From positions 1,083,124 to 1,103,123 of the forward strand of contig ML992506.1 of assembly GCA_010093995.1 (NCBI GenBank): a DNA stretch of 20,000 bases, given 5' to 3'. Source of the DNA: Elsinoe ampelina (Eukaryota). Under the pieces are notes generated by a model, which was not told the origin of the DNA, did not search any database, and worked only from the letters and a program-made list of their open reading frames with translations. Positions within the stretch are counted from its first letter, which is position 1, and each line of letters begins with the position of its first letter. The translations under genes and the position numbers were made by a program. Positions 8,229 through 19,196 of this stretch are shown piece after piece.

Positions 8229-11200
8229 CTAATCATACCCAGGCGCGTCGTCTTGCATCCCACCCGGTGTCTCAGCTGCATAAGCTCCCGGTGTCTGCGG
8301 ATAGCCGCCTGGTGTCGGTGCGCTCGCTGCTCCACCTGGCGTGGCATAGTCGCGACCGTATCGACCTGGGCCGGGCGTGGGCTGATCGTAGCCGCCTGAT
8401 GCACCGGGGGTTGGAGCTGTGTAAGCCCCTGGTGTGGGCGCGTCGTAGCCGTAGGTTGTCTGTGATAGAGTCAGTAATTTGGTGAGTGGCAAAAGATATT
8501 GAAGGATATGCTTACCCCGCCATAACTCGTGCCTGAGCCTCCGTAGCTCGTCATGTTTCCTCCGTAGCTGGTGGACCCTCCGTAACTTGTCATATTTCCA
8601 CCGTAAGCTGTCGCACCACCGCCGTTAGCACCACTATTCCCACCCCCAGCCCATGCGGGCGTCCGTGATGTGCCACTGTTGCCGTATTGCGTTCTACTGC
8701 CATCCTTCCAGGCAGGGGTGCGTCCTCCGCCACCAGCTGCCCATGCTGGAGTACGACTGCCGCTGTGTGGGGTCTGTCCCCAAGCAGGTGTGCGTCCTCC
8801 CATTGCACCGCCACCATAACTTGTATGTCCACCTGTGGCCATTGAATTGGGAATGCCTCTTCCACCGTTCCTGACGTCGGATGAGATGACAGCTCCAGTC
8901 TTGGGGTCGCGGATGGTGAGATTATCCTTCTTGCACTCGATAAAAGTCTTTTTGGACGACACCTCGATGCGTACAGAGTCGTCCGTCGAGTCGACCACGC
9001 GGCCGATGATGCCCTTGTACACACCCTTCTTCGGAGCGACCGTCTTGCCGATGAGATGATCTCGACCCATGCTTCGTGGTGGCGGCGCCATAGCTGGGGC
9101 GGCAGCGCCCGGTCTCTGTAAAGCTGGGTTCATCTTCGAAAGCGCTCCCATGGCCCCACCTGGCTTGCTTCTCGCACCGACAGTCAGGACGTTCGTGGCT
9201 CGAGCAACAAAGACACCAGCATTCTCCAGTTGTTCTCTGCTGTGAACGAAGAGGTAGTTGCGGTGAATGTGAAGAACTCGTCCAGATTTGGAATCACCGG
9301 CATATTCTTTGACTGTATCGTCAATGCGGATTTCCGAGGAATCACGATCCACCGTCTTGGCTTCTTTCCGACGTTCCAGCTTGTTTGAGATTTGCGAGGG
9401 CAGAAGATTACGAAGAGTGCCGTTCTGATCAAGCACGCGGACCGATTCGCGGTCGACCTTGACAACAACACCAACTGTCGAGGCGCTATACAGTGTTAGC
9501 ATCACCCCAAATGGTACCATAACATGAGAACTTACTCAAGCTGCACAAGATCGTGCAGATCGTACTTGGACAACCCAACCTGACCTCCCGAGTCGGAGGC
9601 CACGCGCAAGTCCTTGCTAAAGACTGTAATTTCGGTATTCGTCGAGTCCGTTAAAATCGTGACTCGATCCTCATGAATCCTCACCACCATACCAACTTCG
9701 TCAAAGTACTTGCTCCCACCAATGACCTTGACGTGGTCACCCTCGCGGAAGAGCTTGCGAAGTCCCTTGATAGGAGACTCGATGATCGTTCCTCTAAGAG
9801 GGCCTTCACTGACTTCGATGCGGACAATATCGCCAGTAACGCTTCTAGCTTTACCCCAGACACCACGCTGTTCGCCCTGATAGATCTCGACAGTGTCGCC
9901 TGGCAAGAAAGCTGCACCAGTGCTGCTTTTTATGGTGGCCGCAAGTGCTGAAAGGTCCAAGTTCTCGGTACCGTCTTCAGCTCCCTCTCTAGCAAATTTG
10001 GTGACCTCTTCGAGAGTTGGATTGACATCCTCTGTCTGCAGGTGGTTTGCTTTGAAGCTCTTGATCAAATACCCTTCTTCGTAGGTTTCGCCCATGTATT
10101 GAAAGCTGTGCCCGGACAGACCTGCGTTCATGCTCAGGAAACGAGAGTGCTTCTTCTTGGCCTCGTTCTCGCTGAATAGACGTTGAGGTGGCTTCGGACC
10201 TCCACTGGTTGCGCCAAAGCCACCAGGTCGTTTTCTCTTCACCACACCAGAGTCGAAAGCGGCGTTCGCATCCTCGTTCAGGCCGTAGTCCAGACGAGGG
10301 ATGACTCGCAGCTCCACCTCGACACCGTTGGGCTCGACATCGTTGATCTGTGCCAAGTCTCCAGAGTACTTTCCACGCTTGATGCGAACAAAGTGGCCAA
10401 CTTGCAGTTCCTTACTCTTCCTGACTCTGAGCAGATCGGGCATTTCTCCAATCGGTACCAGCAAAGGTTTCGATCCGAGGTAGACATTCTGCATGCCTTC
10501 GAGTCCAGATGTGATATCAGCCAGTGTCCTCGCTTCGACATACAGCGATCCACCCATGACACCTCCCCTCTCAAAAGCCGAGATGACCTGCAATGGCTCC
10601 CTAGTCCCAGCTCGATCCTCAATGCGCTTCATAATGTTGAAGATAACTTCCCTCTCCTTGCCAGGCTTGCACTTGAGGCGCCAGATCGAAGGGTCGTCCA
10701 CGCTCGGTAGTAGGAGTCGTTGGGGCACAATGACCGAATCTGTTGCTGCTGCTCTGTTGCGACCGTACCTCTCCTTCAACAGTGCCGCCTGCTTTTCGGC
10801 ATCCATTGAAGCGGCCAGATCTCGTTGTCTGTCGAGTTCTCTGTGCTTGCGGTCGTCTCTGTCAGCTCCAGGTGGAAGTTCCATCAGATCATCGGGATGC
10901 ATGTCCTCGCCTGCAATCTCATCCTCGTCTTCTGGATCCTCCTCATCTTCCTCGTCCACTTCTGCCTCGACATCAATGAACTGGTTTCGAGGGTCTCGTC
11001 GTCTCCGCTTGCGTGCTCGGCCCTGCAAATGTCAATCCCACTCACGCACCTTCATCGGTTCGTACTCACTGTGACTTCCTCCTCCTCGTCATCCTCATCC
11101 TCCTCGTCTTCTTCATCATCGTCGTCATCATCATCGTCCTTGCCCTTGGGCTCATCATCAACTTCATCACCATCATCATCTTCTGCGCCATCTTCATCGT

Positions 11201-11420
11201 CCATCTTCAGCTCGCCATCTTCGTCATCTCGCGGTGCAGCCCCGTTTGTCTTTGTCCTCACTGGCATCTCGTCGTCCTCATCTTCGTCCGGGACCACCTT
11301 GCTTTTGCTGGCAGTCTTCCTCCCATCATCGCCTTCATCGTCCGAGGCGACTGCGGGCGCAGGATTAAAATCTTCCTCGTCGGAATCACCGCCAGCGAAA
11401 TCGTTATTGTAATTCGACAT
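8229..11420 (-). CDS. SPT5: Transcription elongation factor Spt5, 1012 aa
   Basis: Exons 11420-11070, 11022-9536, 9485-8516 and 8459-8229, all with GT-AG introns of 47-56 nt. Acidic N-terminus, [21 protein letters not shown] (NGN domain), several KOW motifs ([26 protein letters not shown]) and C-terminal RTPAW/PTPG repeats. Confidence 0.97.
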
Positions 11421-11526
11421 GGCTGCGAGGCCACGCCTTTGAGAGCTGACAGCACCTGGTCCAAGAGCTGTGGGAGATTCGCCTGAGAGAGATCGGATAG
11501 CGCTGAACAGTCTCCAAGGTTGATAT

Positions 11527-11581
11527 CTGGTGTAAGAAGAAATGAAAGAAAAGAGAATCTAGGAAGAGAGGTTGACATTAC
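11527..11581 (-). other. Possible 5'-UTR intron of SPT5
   Basis: GTAATG...pyrimidine-rich...CTTACACCAG, 55 nt, matching the local intron size. No reading-frame constraint is available to confirm it. Confidence 0.35.
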
Positions 11582-11789
11582 TTGAGGCTCAAGTTCAGGC
11601 TTGCGGATGCTCCCGTGTCTGCCCCCGGAGAAAGTGGTCCAAGCTCCTTTGGCGGGCATGCTTTACATGCATGCTTGTGCGACGGTCATCCAACAACTCA
11701 AATACATGAATACAATATGGTATCTGCTGGATCGGAACATCGCTCCACCTCGCCACTGCGTACAGGCAAATTCGATCTAATCATTACCG

Positions 11790-13525
11790 CTATGATCCTT
11801 GCAGAGGCTGGCCCATTCCTCCAAGAGTGACCATCTTGATGACCATGTATTCGTCGATACCGTACTTTGACCCCTCTCGCCCGAATCCGGACTGCTTGAC
11901 ACCGCCGAATGGTGCTGCTGGATCCGAGATGATGCCGGTGTTGACACCGACCATGCCGACCTCGAGTGCTTCCGCTACTCGGTATACCTAGAAGAAAATT
12001 AGTCGTGGTCTCTCCTTTCACGAGTGCCACTCACCCGTTGAATATCCTTCGAGTAGAAGTACCCTGCAAGGCCAACCTCCGCCTCATTGGCGAGCTTGAG
12101 GACCTCGGCCTCGGACTCGAATTTGAAGAGACCGGCCACTGGTCCGAATGTCTCCTCGTTATGCAACTCCATCTTATCGGTCATGTCCCTGATCACAGTT
12201 GGCTGGAAGAAGTTTTCACCAGCCTCCGGAATCTTCTCTCCACCAACCAAAACCTTGCCGCCTTGCTTAATAGCATCCTGGACGTGTCTCTCTACCTTCT
12301 CCACCGCGCGATCGTGAATCAAAGGACCGTGGGTCACACCCTCCTCGTAGCCCCCGCCAACCTTGAAGCTCTTGACCTTCTCTGCAAACGCGGTGGCGAA
12401 CTTGTCATAAATACCCGATTGAATGTAGATCCTGTTTGCACACACGCAGGTTTGACCTGATGATCGGAACTTGCAAGCAATAGCGCCAGCAACGGCTGCG
12501 TCAAGGTCTGCGTCGTCGAAGACGATGAACGGAGCGTTACCTCCGAGCTCGAAGGAAAGCTTCTTCAGGGTATCTGCCGATTGCTTCATGAGAAGCTTGC
12601 CCACGCCTGTGCTGCCTGTGAAAGAGACCTTGCGGATCGTGTTGGAAGATGTGATTGTCGAGCCGACCTCAGCGGTATTCTTAAGAGCCGTGATAATGTT
12701 TACAACTCCTGGTGGAATACCAGCGCGTATCGACAGCTCAGCCAGGGCAGCGGCTGTGAAAGGGGTCTCTCCTGGTGACTTTGCTACAACTGTGCAGCCA
12801 GCAGCAAGAGCTGGACCAATCTTACGTGTGATCATGGCAGCAGGGAAGTTCCACCTACCAATGTCAGCAGATGTTGTATGGAAAGCTTGGGTGACTTACG
12901 GGGTAATCAGACCGCAGACACCGACCGGCTCCTTAATGGTGAACACCCTGTTGCCCGCGACAGTCGCAGTGATGGTATCACCGTACGCTCGCGGCGCTTC
13001 CTCACTAAACCACTCAAAGAAATTGGAAGCATAAGCCACCTCGCCCTTCGCATCTGCCAGAGGCTTGCCATTCTCCCAGGTGATGAGCTTGGCAAGATCC
13101 TCTGCATTGTCCACCATGAGCTGGTACCACTTCCTCAGCATCTTTGCTCTTTCTCTGGCGGTGGTTTTCCTGAACGAAGGTAGCGCATCAGCGGCGGCTT
13201 TGATCGCGAGCTCTGTGTCCTCCTTGTCCATCTCGGGCATAGTCCCAATAGGTTTCATGGTGGCCGGGTCGACAACCTCGAAGGTCTTGCCCGACTTTGC
13301 GTCAACCCATTTGCCATTGATGAAGGCTTGTGACTTGAGTAACGACTTATCGTTGAGCTGGAACTGTGGTCAGCAAGAGTCCTGGGCAAGGTAGTGGACG
13401 GATGGGTGTACTGGGGGAACGCTGTGACCCATTGCGTATGACCTTGAGATTGTTCGCAGATAGTTGAAAGTTTGGAAATGGAAACGCGGTCTTGATCTAG
13501 AAGCAATCTGAACTAAAGAACGCAT
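11790..13525 (-). CDS. UGA2: Succinate-semialdehyde dehydrogenase (GABA shunt); 529 aa from ATG 13525, 498 aa from ATG 13432
   Basis: Exons 13525-13412, 13357-12900, 12854-12035 and 11987-11790. Motifs [41 protein letters not shown] (SSADH CxC active site), EETFGP and [22 protein letters not shown]. Confidence 0.95.
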
Positions 13526-13958
13526 TGTAGAAGAATGGAATGGTCATAGGGGAAAAGTCATTGAAACCTCAGCTGGGCATTCAGAGGTGTTGGAGAATGT
13601 CGGAGCCATTCCATTGACCCCACCATGACATGAAAGCTCGACGGTGCCGTTTCCGAATGAGGGGAAATGTTTACATGATGATGTAAATTGGCAGCGCAAT
13701 TTTTTGTTAGTCAATGTATCCTACGCTGTTGAGACGTGATGGCCATTGTCTTAGGCTGTAAAACGATGCTTGTCCGCAATGCATTCAAAGCAATTGTCAT
13801 AACCAACTTTGCCGCATGAGGAAGCAAAGAATGGCCCGCTAAGCCCATACTCCTAGGTACCCTTATAGCCGATTCCACCAAAGCAAACAACCGCGCTCCG
13901 AGCGCTGCTTCCCAAATCATCCAAAGCGCCATGCTGGTATTCATGCTCTGTTCATCAT

Positions 13959-14405
13959 TCAATTCCATCCGATAATCCCCTGTCTGACAATGCGCTCCCC
14001 GTTGACTCCCCGATGCTCCACCCTAACTCTTCGACCAATGATGCCATCACCTCCGACTCCAAGGTTGATAGGGAAGGGCAAATGAAACAAGCCCGAGCTC
14101 TGACATTGTCGCAGCGAGAAGTTGTGCAAGACATTGTGTGGACTGTTGGCTGCTCGTAGATCTCCATCCTGGCTGTGTGTGGTCAGAGTGTATTAGAATT
14201 GAAAATGGATGGCTCAATCATACTGAATCTGCACATCAAAAGCTTGATCTTGACCCTGCAGCGGTTGTGTGCTGCCGCATATGGAAGCAATAGTGCTAGC
14301 GTCCTGTGATTGAAAGAGTAGGTTGAGATCCGGTGCAGCTCCAGAGTCGGACTTGAGGATAGCAATGGTACCTCCAACCGATGTTTTGCTCGAGTCACCA
14401 CACAT
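13959..14405 (-). CDS. Uncharacterised 131-aa protein with degenerate Cu/Zn-SOD / CCS domain-II-like motifs
   Basis: Exon 1 is 14405-14224, intron 14223-14173 (GTATGA...CTGAC...ACAG, 51 nt), exon 2 is 14172-13959. Protein: MCGDSSKTSVGGTIAILKSD...AFDVQIHQDGDLRAANSPHNVLHNFSLRQCQSSGLFHLPFPINLGVGGDGIIGRRVRVEHRGVNGERIVRQGIIGWN*. The motifs HxxGD, IIGR and GIIG occur in SOD order. Confidence 0.78.
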
Positions 14406-15290
14406 CTTGGTCGTTAAGTAGCCAAAGAATATCGAAGGTTTGCTGTGCGCCTCTTCCTCAAATGAGGCTGTCGCAGCGTGGAGGTGGTAGAGAAGAACAG
14501 AAACAAACCTGTACGACACCTTCAGACTCACCTGCCCTCGTCCTTTTAAACAAACACCATGATGGACATGAATGGACAAAACTTGCGCATGGCGGCTGCT
14601 GGACGATAGAAATGTGCTCAACCGTAATGAACGCCGAGCCAGGCCTTTGAGCAAGTTTCACCACAAAGCTCCGGATGAGGTAGTTTTTTGTTTCTGAGCA
14701 CTCGTGGGAGGACACGTCAGGGCTGACCGGAGCCATGAAACATGCGCTGAACGATGAAAGGGAGGAGACGTTCTTGACAGTGGGTGCGTCTGGGTGTATT
14801 CGATGTCGCATGTTTGCCCCTCATGGGCTGTCGAGGTCATGCGACTGACTGCAGCCATCTCTCGATTCTCGCCATCGCCATTTGGACCAATGTCGCAGCT
14901 CTATTGACGAATCCTGGAGCTGACAATGAATCCGAAGAATCAGGTTAGGTCAATCTAGGGCGACTCGTGTATTTTGAGCAAGGACAAAGGATAGAGAAGA
15001 ATGCAAACATCTAGGAAGGATTTGCGACGTGATGTACTGTTGCCGTTTAACCAAAGCTATTTGCACCGTTTGCATTGATCAGGCCGCGGAGCTCTTGAGC
15101 AAGCAAGCAAACAACTCAATCACAACGCTTCAGCCCAAGGCCACGGACACTACATGCACTGTATTGTTATGGATTAAGGCGTTGTCGCGCCGTGTTATAG
15201 GATACAACTGGACCAAGCGTAACACCTGTTGACGACACTCTCGACTCCTATGTGCATGACCTCCAATCACATGCCCCATCCACCCTCACA

Positions 15291-16738
15291 ATGGACAAGC
15301 AAGTCCACCCCTGCGCTTCTACAATCTCATCTATCTAATGCTCCATAGCTCCTGGATCCCGTCCAAACTACGCTCCTCGCTCCCCAAAATGCCGCTCGCT
15401 CCGATCCCACCACCAATAACAGCAAGCATCTTCCTCCCTACTCGACCACCTCCCTCTCCTCTCCCACAGAAGCCATGGTACCACCGCAAAGCTGCTTCCC
15501 TCGAGTCCGACCTCCAACTTCTCCTCGATGCCCAAGCCGCTTCCCTCTCGAATCCCCTCTCTCCTCCTTCACCCTCACCGGCCCCGTCCTCAGCAAGCAG
15601 CACCGCCTCCTACCATCCAAGTCGCACCAAAAAGATCCCTCTTCGCCAAGCGCGTGCTGGTCTATACACGACCATGCGCCGGCTCGCCGCTCTCAAAGAT
15701 GAAGAAGTCTCCGCTCTTGTGGCAACAGTGGACTCAGTCGCAGGGTCGCATGAACAGCTGCTTGCGTGGACCGAGCAACGCACGAAGCTTCGCGAGCGCA
15801 CAGAGCAAATCGCTTCAAGTGAGGACGTGGACAGGGCGAAAGAGCTGAGGGAGCAAGCGGAGGGACTGCAACCTGAGATACGCGAATTGGAGGACCGACT
15901 ATCGGAGCTGCGCAACGAGCAGAGACGGTTGATGAGGGAGGCAGATGAGGTTGCGAATAGGGTAGAGGGCAAGGTTGCAGGGTATACGAGACGGCTTGAG
16001 GGAGTGGAAAGAGAAGTTAGGAGTTTCCTTGAAGGACTAGGGCGAGAGGGCGATGTGGTGTTTGACCAGCACGGTGACGGGGAGGATGAGGAAGGCTTTT
16101 GGGCGGCGCCTAAGAGGAGGACTTTGGAGATGGCTGTTGACGTGGTGGGAAAAGAGCGAGAACGTGCAGAGGGACGGCTCGATGTGGTTGAGACGGAGAA
16201 AGAGGCATTGCTAGAAGGAGCTATGGTATGGAAGGACGTGATACGGCTGGTAGAAGGATTTGAGAAGGACCTTCGAGAAGACATGCAGAACTCGAGAAAC
16301 AATCCGGGCTCTAGCGAGCAGCTGAAAGACACACTGAGCCGGATGGACGAGGTCGTCGAACAGCTCGAAAGCCAAATGGCCCTTTCCGAGACCAAAGGGT
16401 GGAAACTCCTCATAGCAGCCATCGGGGCCGAGCTCGACGCCTTCCTCAAGGGCAAAGATGTCCTCCAACAAGCCCTCGACGCAATCGAAAGGCCCCATGA
16501 CCGCCCATTATTCGACGATACAAACGACGACGAGGAAGAGCAAGGCGTCAACTCCGTAATCCGCTCACCTCCAGCAACACGAAAAGACGACCAAGAATCC
16601 CACGACGGCAAAATCGAAGCGCTCGACCACGCCTTCAACCGCAGACCAACAACCAACGGCTCCCACGACACTGACGAAGACGACGACGGCCCAGACCCAG
16701 AACTAATGATCTCCCATCACGACACAGACACAGACTAG
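15291..16738 (+). CDS. Coiled-coil protein resembling proteins annotated as Atg28 in filamentous fungi, about 465 aa
   Basis: 466-codon ORF with a Pro/Ser-rich N-terminus, long E/R/L heptads and the blocks LQLLLDAQA, LRQARAG, RRTLEMA, ALLEGAMVW and WKLLIAAIGAELDAF, then an acidic tail. The family call is from memory and only moderately sure. The start is probably ATG 15291 via a GC-AG intron at 15299-15348; the alternative is ATG 15338. Confidence 0.75.
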
Positions 16739-16788
16739 ACTCTTTTCCCATGACAGCCTTGATACCCATTCCAAACCCCTTCCCCCCT

Positions 16789-18640
16789 CTACTTCTCAAT
16801 ATAGTAAGCCAAATCGCCCCCCTCCGTCTCCAACCTCGTCATCCCATTCCCCATAAACCTATACCTATTCCTCCCCCTGTAGACAATCTCAAAATCCTCC
16901 GGCCGCAACGCCCCAATCATCTGGTGATACCCGATCGCCGTCCCCGCCCACACGGCCGTCACCCTACCGTCGACCCGGTGGTTCTTGTACCACGACCGAC
17001 ACCCGCCCGACCAGACCAGTGTCTGCATAATCTCGTCGGCGTAGGCGTTGAATTCTTCGACGCAGGCCTGTTTGGGGGAGACGGAGGCGATGGATTCTTC
17101 GGCCATCTTGCGGGTCCAGAGGCAGATGTAGTTTGCCGTCCATTGGAGTTGGGCCATGAGGGAGCCGTGGCCTACGGGCTGCGAGGAGGAGTTAGTCGGT
17201 CACACGCTGATGGCGTCTCGAAGGAACACAGTGTGATGCTGGGAGGGGACTCACTGAGTTGGGTCCGCCGAACATGAAGTAGTTCGGGAATCCGCCGGCC
17301 ATGACGCTGAGGTAGCTGAGGGGTTCGTCGGCCCATTCTTCTGCGAGGGTGCGGCCGTGTTTGCCGATGAGAGGCCACGGGGGCCGGTGGCTGACGTCGA
17401 AGCCGGTGGCGCAGACGAGGACATCGAAGGGGTGGTGTTCGCCGTCGGCTGTCACTACGCCGTCGGAGGTGATCTTCTCGATGCCGGATGTCACGAGGCG
17501 TACGTCGTCGCGTGTGAAGGCTTCGAGGTACCCTGGTCCAGGGGTTGCTCTTCTGCAGCCGACTTCCCAGTCGGGTGTGAGTTTGGCGGCGAGTTCTTCG
17601 TCTCCGCCGAGGCGTTCTTTCATGAGTTTGGCTGTGTTGGCTCGGGCTCGTTCTTGGGCTTTGCTGCCTTTGCGGAACATTTGGTAGTTGACGTTACTTT
17701 CGTGCTGGATCTTCTTCCGGTGTTGCTTGAGGGCTTCTGGGTCGTCTCGGAAGCGCTGCCTCTCTTCTTCGCTGTAGACGTATTGCACTTTGCCACCGAT
17801 GATGCCGAACCCGAGGCCAGGGGTGATATACGTTGGATGCCGCACGAAGTTCGTAAGCGACTCGACCTTGCCTACTAGTTGAGGAATGATCTGGATAGCG
17901 CTACTGCCATTGCCGATTACGCCGACCCGCTTGCCGGAGAAGTCGAAGTCGTGATCCCAGTCCGCTGAGTGCAACAGCTTACCTTTAAACGACTCCAGAC
18001 CAGGAATGGTTGGCCATCTCCAATGACTCAAGAAGCCAGTCGCGGAAACGAGGATATCAGCGGTGTCGGAAATTAGACCCGACGGGCCCCGGATCTTGAC
18101 TTGCCACTGTGATGTGGCATTGTCCCAGCGTGCTTCTTCAACACGATGCGAGGTTTTGACGTCCCTTGCTAGATCATACTTATCAACCGTGCGGCGAAAG
18201 TAGGCTAGGATCTCAGAACCACTAGCATAGTAGGCTGACCAGTCTGGATTTGGCTCGAATGGAAAGCTGTACACATGTGCTGGAACATCGCACGCCACTC
18301 CAGGATACGTGTTGACCAGCCAGGTGCCTCCGATCGACTCGTTTGCTTCATAGATTGTATGGTCGACGTACTCGTCCAGCTTGTGGTTGTGGTGAAGTTG
18401 ATAGGAGAAGCCCATTGCTGAGACACCTGCTCCGATTGTGATTATGCGGAGCTTACGAGTAGGTGTGCGGAGCGGGGCATCATACAATGGCACCCATGAT
18501 GGTGGGAGAGGCTGGCCGTAGCGTGTCTTTGGCGGAGGTTGATTCGATGTGCCCTCCGCTGTATGAGGCGTATGCGTTTGATCTAATGAGGGCGCATAGG
18601 TCGAAGGGTGTTCGGAGTCAGCAAGACTGTGCTGCGGCAT
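16789..18640 (-). CDS. Type I Baeyer-Villiger monooxygenase (FAD/NADPH; StcW/MoxY-like), about 591 aa
   Basis: Exons 18640-17255 and 17178-16789, intron 76 nt (GTGAGT..CTAAC..GCAG). Motifs GAGVSA, GGTWLVNTYPGVACD, the BVMO fingerprint FKGKLLHSADWD, GNGSSA, GCRR, ATGF and CRSWYK. An upstream in-frame ATG at 18799 is an alternative start. Confidence 0.92.
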
Positions 18641-19196
18641 ACCCGCGGTGATGTGAGATGATATGATTGAGAGTCGCTGCTCAGGAAAACAAGACTGAGG
18701 TGTAGATGAAGAGAGATACTTAGCCGGAACTCCACCAACAACGTATACAGTGGCGGCTAGAGGCGAACCTAGAGCGCCAGTAATGCCAGATGCGATCATC
18801 GTTCGATGGCAGAGATGATGTACCTCCCATGAGGGGTTGGTGGGATGCGCTCTCCCGAGGCAGATCTGGCTGGCCGAAGATCCGTCACATCATGCGATTC
18901 GCGGCTCGATCCTCGCATAGTCGTGACAGCTTTAAAGCAGTCATACTTCTGATGAATCCGCAGCACATTGGGGGACTCTAATACAGAGCAGGCGTCTGTC
19001 GAGGAACCCAGCTTGTGAGTTAATGGCGAAGAGTGCAAAATGCCCAATCTCGGAGATTGCTCGGCGTTTGTGTACCCCACCCTTTGTCAACCGAGGTATA
19101 AGCTAGAGCGCCAAGAAGGACCCTGATTCAGTTCATCCCCTGGTAGAACTGAACACTTATCCACTACTCTACTAGTTTATGATCAAATTAGATAGT

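Noticed and set aside
10183..11486. Several 157-195 aa plus-strand ORFs, including poly-Ser
   Set aside because: Antisense reading of SPT5 and its Asp/Glu tract.
13711..14167. ORF-track peptides 13955-14167 and 13711-13968
   Set aside because: Wrong frames. The spliced frame ending GIIGWN at 13959 explains the region, and the rest is probably 3' UTR.
15610..16671. 353-aa minus-strand Ser-rich ORF
   Set aside because: Antisense shadow of the Glu/Arg-rich coiled-coil gene.
1..18640. ALDH, SSADH, NPT1 and BVMO as a metabolic gene cluster
   Set aside because: They are interspersed with unrelated housekeeping genes (SPT5, SSO1), and the window has no shared pathway, regulator or backbone enzyme.
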